64,000 nt of DNA from Sphaerodactylus townsendi (lineage: Eukaryota). Shown piece after piece: positions 60,408 through 64,000 of this stretch. How positions within the stretch are numbered: the stretch's first letter is position 1; each line of letters begins with the position of its first letter. Both the position numbers and the translations under genes were made by a program. The stretch lies in NCBI RefSeq assembly GCF_021028975.2, contig NC_059434.1, positions 67,642,001 to 67,706,000 of the forward strand, written 5' to 3'. The notes beneath the pieces were generated by a model. It saw only the letters and a program-made list of their open reading frames with translations, ran no database searches and had not been told where the DNA came from.

Positions 60408-60613
60408 CAGTGTTGAACAGGCATTTCAAAGTGACATAACAGTTAGCAAAAACTGCATTGAATTTAAGAGGCATCGTGGAGAAAATGGACAGGCCAGAGT
60501 CTTATACTGAAGTTCAGAGTCTTTGGCCTGTCCTTTTCGCCACGATTCCTCTTACATTTAATGCAGTTTTTGCTAACTTCTACCTGTCATTTCGAAATGC
60601 CTGTTCAACATTG
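60408..60613. repeat. ~206-bp imperfect inverted repeat (hairpin) in the UBE2D3 intron
   Basis: ~90-bp arms: tgttgaacaggcatttc/gaaatgcctgttcaaca, agttagcaaaaactgcatt/aatgcagtttttgctaact, ggacaggcca/tggcctgtcc. Confidence 0.85.
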
Positions 60614-63600
60614 ATATGCCCATAAAGGTAAAGTTTCCCCTTCAGTCCTATCCGACCCTGGGGTACCACTGCGAGCATATGATATGACCATATTCTTAAA
60701 AATAATCCTTCAGTTTGCTAATTTTTTTTCTCTTGGGTAAAGGGAACGTTTATATGTGCTACAATCATAACATGTGAAAATTCAGTATGGAACACTTGCT
60801 TTTCACATATTGGTCATGGTGTACATTTGGCTAGTTCATTTTCTCATTTATATAGTTTAATTGAGATAGTCACAGCTACAAAGATGAGCATTCAATTTTT
60901 GCTTTGTGGGAATGGTATTTGCCCAGTATAAATAACTGGAAGAAAAATAGTTTGGAACTGCAATTAAGTTCCAAAGTAATCCAAGGGCGACTTGTAATTT
61001 GATTACACATGGCCCAGGCAAGATTTGCTGATTTGAACTGTTCAAAAACACATGGTAGTTGATCATCTTCCCAACTCTGGTGCTACTTCTTTGCATCTCC
61101 AAATTTTCTTTCATGTAGAATGCTTCACCAGTTGGACTTCTGGTACCACAGTTGTGTTACTGAATTTCGTTTTATTTTTGCCTACAATTCAGTTATTCTC
61201 AGGATCCTAGGTGATGGTTGGAGGGCACAACGTACAGCAGCCTTGCTGAAGCCAAGCAAGTTTGGCCTGGATGTGACAGCTCTTGAGAATAATAGATTGG
61301 TCACCTTCTGTCTTAGCTTCTGGTACTGAAGACAAATTGGCAGTTCCTTGGTTGAGACCTTTTTCTTTACTCCTAAATATTTGGGGACTATTTTCATTTC
61401 TTATCAAAATAGCAGTTGTTTGATGAACATTATATGCTTAAAGGACAACTGTTCCCTTTAAATAATGGTTAATTTCCTCAACACCTGCTGTTCTTTATGG
61501 TGTTCCACAAGCTACTTTCCTTTCAGTATTGCATGATGATGTGCCGGATTTGCTTTCTGTTTTTCTTTTTCTTTAGATCCATCCTTCTAAGATCTTATTA
61601 CCTCTTCTATAGGTTTTTGAAATGCCTATTCATCATTAAGGTGTTATATCCTCATACTTGGTGTTTCACATAATACAAATTTTCAGTGATGCAAGTCTTG
61701 AGGCTGTTCTTCACATATTCAGATTAGTCACATGATACCGTATTTCTAGCATCTGTGGAATCTGTATACAGATGGGTCTCAAATGTTTGCATGTAGGGGA
61801 AGCTGTCGTAACTGTGGGGAATTAGTTTTGTACGTGTAAGGATTTTTGCATTCAAACTAAATTGAAGATTACATGTGATGGAGCTAAATGTAGATCTACT
61901 CTTGGATCTATTCCTGTACATTCAAGGGCTCCTTTCTTCTTGGATTTTTAAAAATTAATTCTTAATGCTTTAACTATTTAAAGTTAGATAATACAATAAG
62001 CTGATGTTGATGGCAGAGTCATGTACTTGTTTCTTGTCTTGCAGATAACTTTTTAAATTTTTAAAACTGGTTCCCGGTGAATCTTACTTGCCACTGATGA
62101 TCAGTTGAATGTAGTGATTATTTAGAAGGTATTCTGAAACGAAAACTGCCTTCTTTGTTCAAATAAATCGCTTGAAGTGTAAAGAACGTTTTTTGCTTTT
62201 AAACTTTAATATGGCTTTGTGATACGATTCTCAGTTGTCTTTGAAAATCCATTCTTTGTAACTTTTCTTTACCAACATGGAAAATCACATGCCACAAAGA
62301 GAAGGATTCGCTAAGATTTGCTGGCATTAATAGTCAACTAGAAATTGTGATCACTAGTACTTCACCATTTGGGGATGGGAGCAGTCCAAAGGTGCATTAA
62401 ATCTGGAGGTATTTGAGAGCTAGAGCGTACCTGTGTTAATGCTGTACATCCAAAGTGCTTCACGCACTTCCTGACTTTACTGTGAGAATGAGGAGTGGGA
62501 TGGGAAGGGCCTGCTTGGTGCAAAGGCCAGTGCTTGTCATGCTTGCCAGAGAAGGGATGCTAGCCATTGAAAGCAGATTGCAACAGATTACAAAATAAGT
62601 CTTCTATAGTACTTATGGATGTTAAAATAGAGAACAACAATGGCAGCTGAATTGTGTATTTAAACTCTTGAAAAAACTAGTTTATGCTGCTGAGGGTTTT
62701 TATGTGGCGTACAAAATCCTGTAAAACTGAGCAAATCCCTATTACTTTGCATACTGTATTTTATAATGTATTTAACAATACTAATATGCAGAGTGGACTA
62801 TGCAGTTGCTAAATTAAACTGTTAACAAGATAAGTTGATTGGAATGCTTGAAGTTGCCATTTCCTATGAATATTAATTTTAAAATTAATAGTTCACAAAC
62901 ATCTTGTTTTACGTGATGTAACTTTGTCACACTGTGAAAATGTCAGGTGCATAGTTCAAAGTTGAATGCTTGATATGATCCCATAGACTTAAATGAGACT
63001 GAATTAAATCTTTAAGCAGGAAATGCTGGGAATATCCATGCTGAACAGCATGATAAAATTTTTTTCTTAAATTTCATGTATGCATTGGAGAACATGGTTC
63101 TCTAGTTGTGCTTTTTCTCTAAGTAACTTGGAACAGTTCCATATGTGTGAGGGGGATTTTTTTTTTGCTTGCATATCTATTCTGGGTTGAGGCAAGTAAT
63201 AAGATTTACAAATCTTTTCTCCCCTAAAATATGTCCACCACCATATGATCCCTGTGTTCTAGGTCTTCCCAGGCTAGCATCAAATCAGCTGTTCTTCCAA
63301 TACATAGGAGTTGTATAGATAAGCTTCCTGCTACTTGCCAATATCTGAGTTAGGGTACTAATGCTAGCTGGCATCAGAACATTAGGTCTATTCTATTTTA
63401 GTTTGCTAGGGCTGCTCCAGAAATCCTGAGAATTGTAGTTAGATGCCAAAGTTCTTGGAGGAATAAACCCCCACTACCTAATCACAAGTACCAGTGCTCC
63501 CTAGAGAGAAAGAACGATTGCTAAACTAGTGTGGATGAGACTGTGTTGTATGTTAATACACTACTGGATCCCAGCCAGGGATGGAGATTTGTCTCAGGGC

Positions 63601-64000
63601 TGGGAAGGATGAAGGTGACTGGGAAAATGTCTGCTTCATCTCTAATAGGTTTGCTTGGAAAGTGAGAGAGATGCACCCCCTTGGAGGCCAGAGATCATCA
63701 GGAGCTGAGGTTCAAGGTTTTAGGAGGGGATTAGTAGGTGTCCCTTCTGTCTGCGCCAGCAACATTTTATGTGAATTAAATACACTTTGGCTGAGAATTG
63801 CTCACTGATCCACAGCAAATTTGGAGATGAAGGATGGCTGAACCATTCCAAGAAGGATAGTTTTGTTTGCCTCCACTTGATTTAAGAAGGGGTAAGGGCT
63901 GTAAATGTTCTCAATTGAGTAATCTTGGGTCAGGTTCTGACCCACTAGGTAAAGACCAGCAGAAAAAAATGATTCTTAGGAAGCAGTCCTTGTGACTTAC

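Noticed and set aside
58282-64000. UBE2D3 second coding exon (ELSDLARDPP...)
   Set aside because: Not found by eye in the remaining sequence; presumably beyond the window.

Overview
Vertebrate genomic DNA, almost certainly squamate and probably gecko-like judging by its SINE, MITE and Penelope content. It matches the SLC9B-CISD2-UBE2D3 block of human 4q24. Three genes are present. (1) A complete, divergent SLC9B/NHA Na+/H+ antiporter on + (10 homology-supported coding exons, 9196-23161, plus candidate 5' exons at about 2516-2530 and 5722-5822). (2) A complete CISD2 on - (3 exons, 48512 to 29353, 135 aa). (3) The CpG-island promoter and first coding exon (MALKRINK) of UBE2D3 on +. The most unusual object is a ~5.7 kb endogenous retrovirus in CISD2 intron 2, in sense orientation, splitting a MITE. 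It has a tRNA-Phe PBS and betaretrovirus-like gag/dUTPase/protease/pol remnants, but an alpharetrovirus-like (gamma-type) env TM. Its sequence looks unpolished and indel-rich. Other content: a young Rex1/Babar LINE, Penelope fragments with hammerhead-ribozyme cores, hAT and Tc1/pogo MITEs with clear TSDs, an ORF1-only L1-like insert, L1/CR1/L2 remnants, tRNA- and 5S-derived SINEs, a ~206-bp intronic hairpin, and two assembly gaps. All family assignments come from motif recognition by eye; no searches were run.
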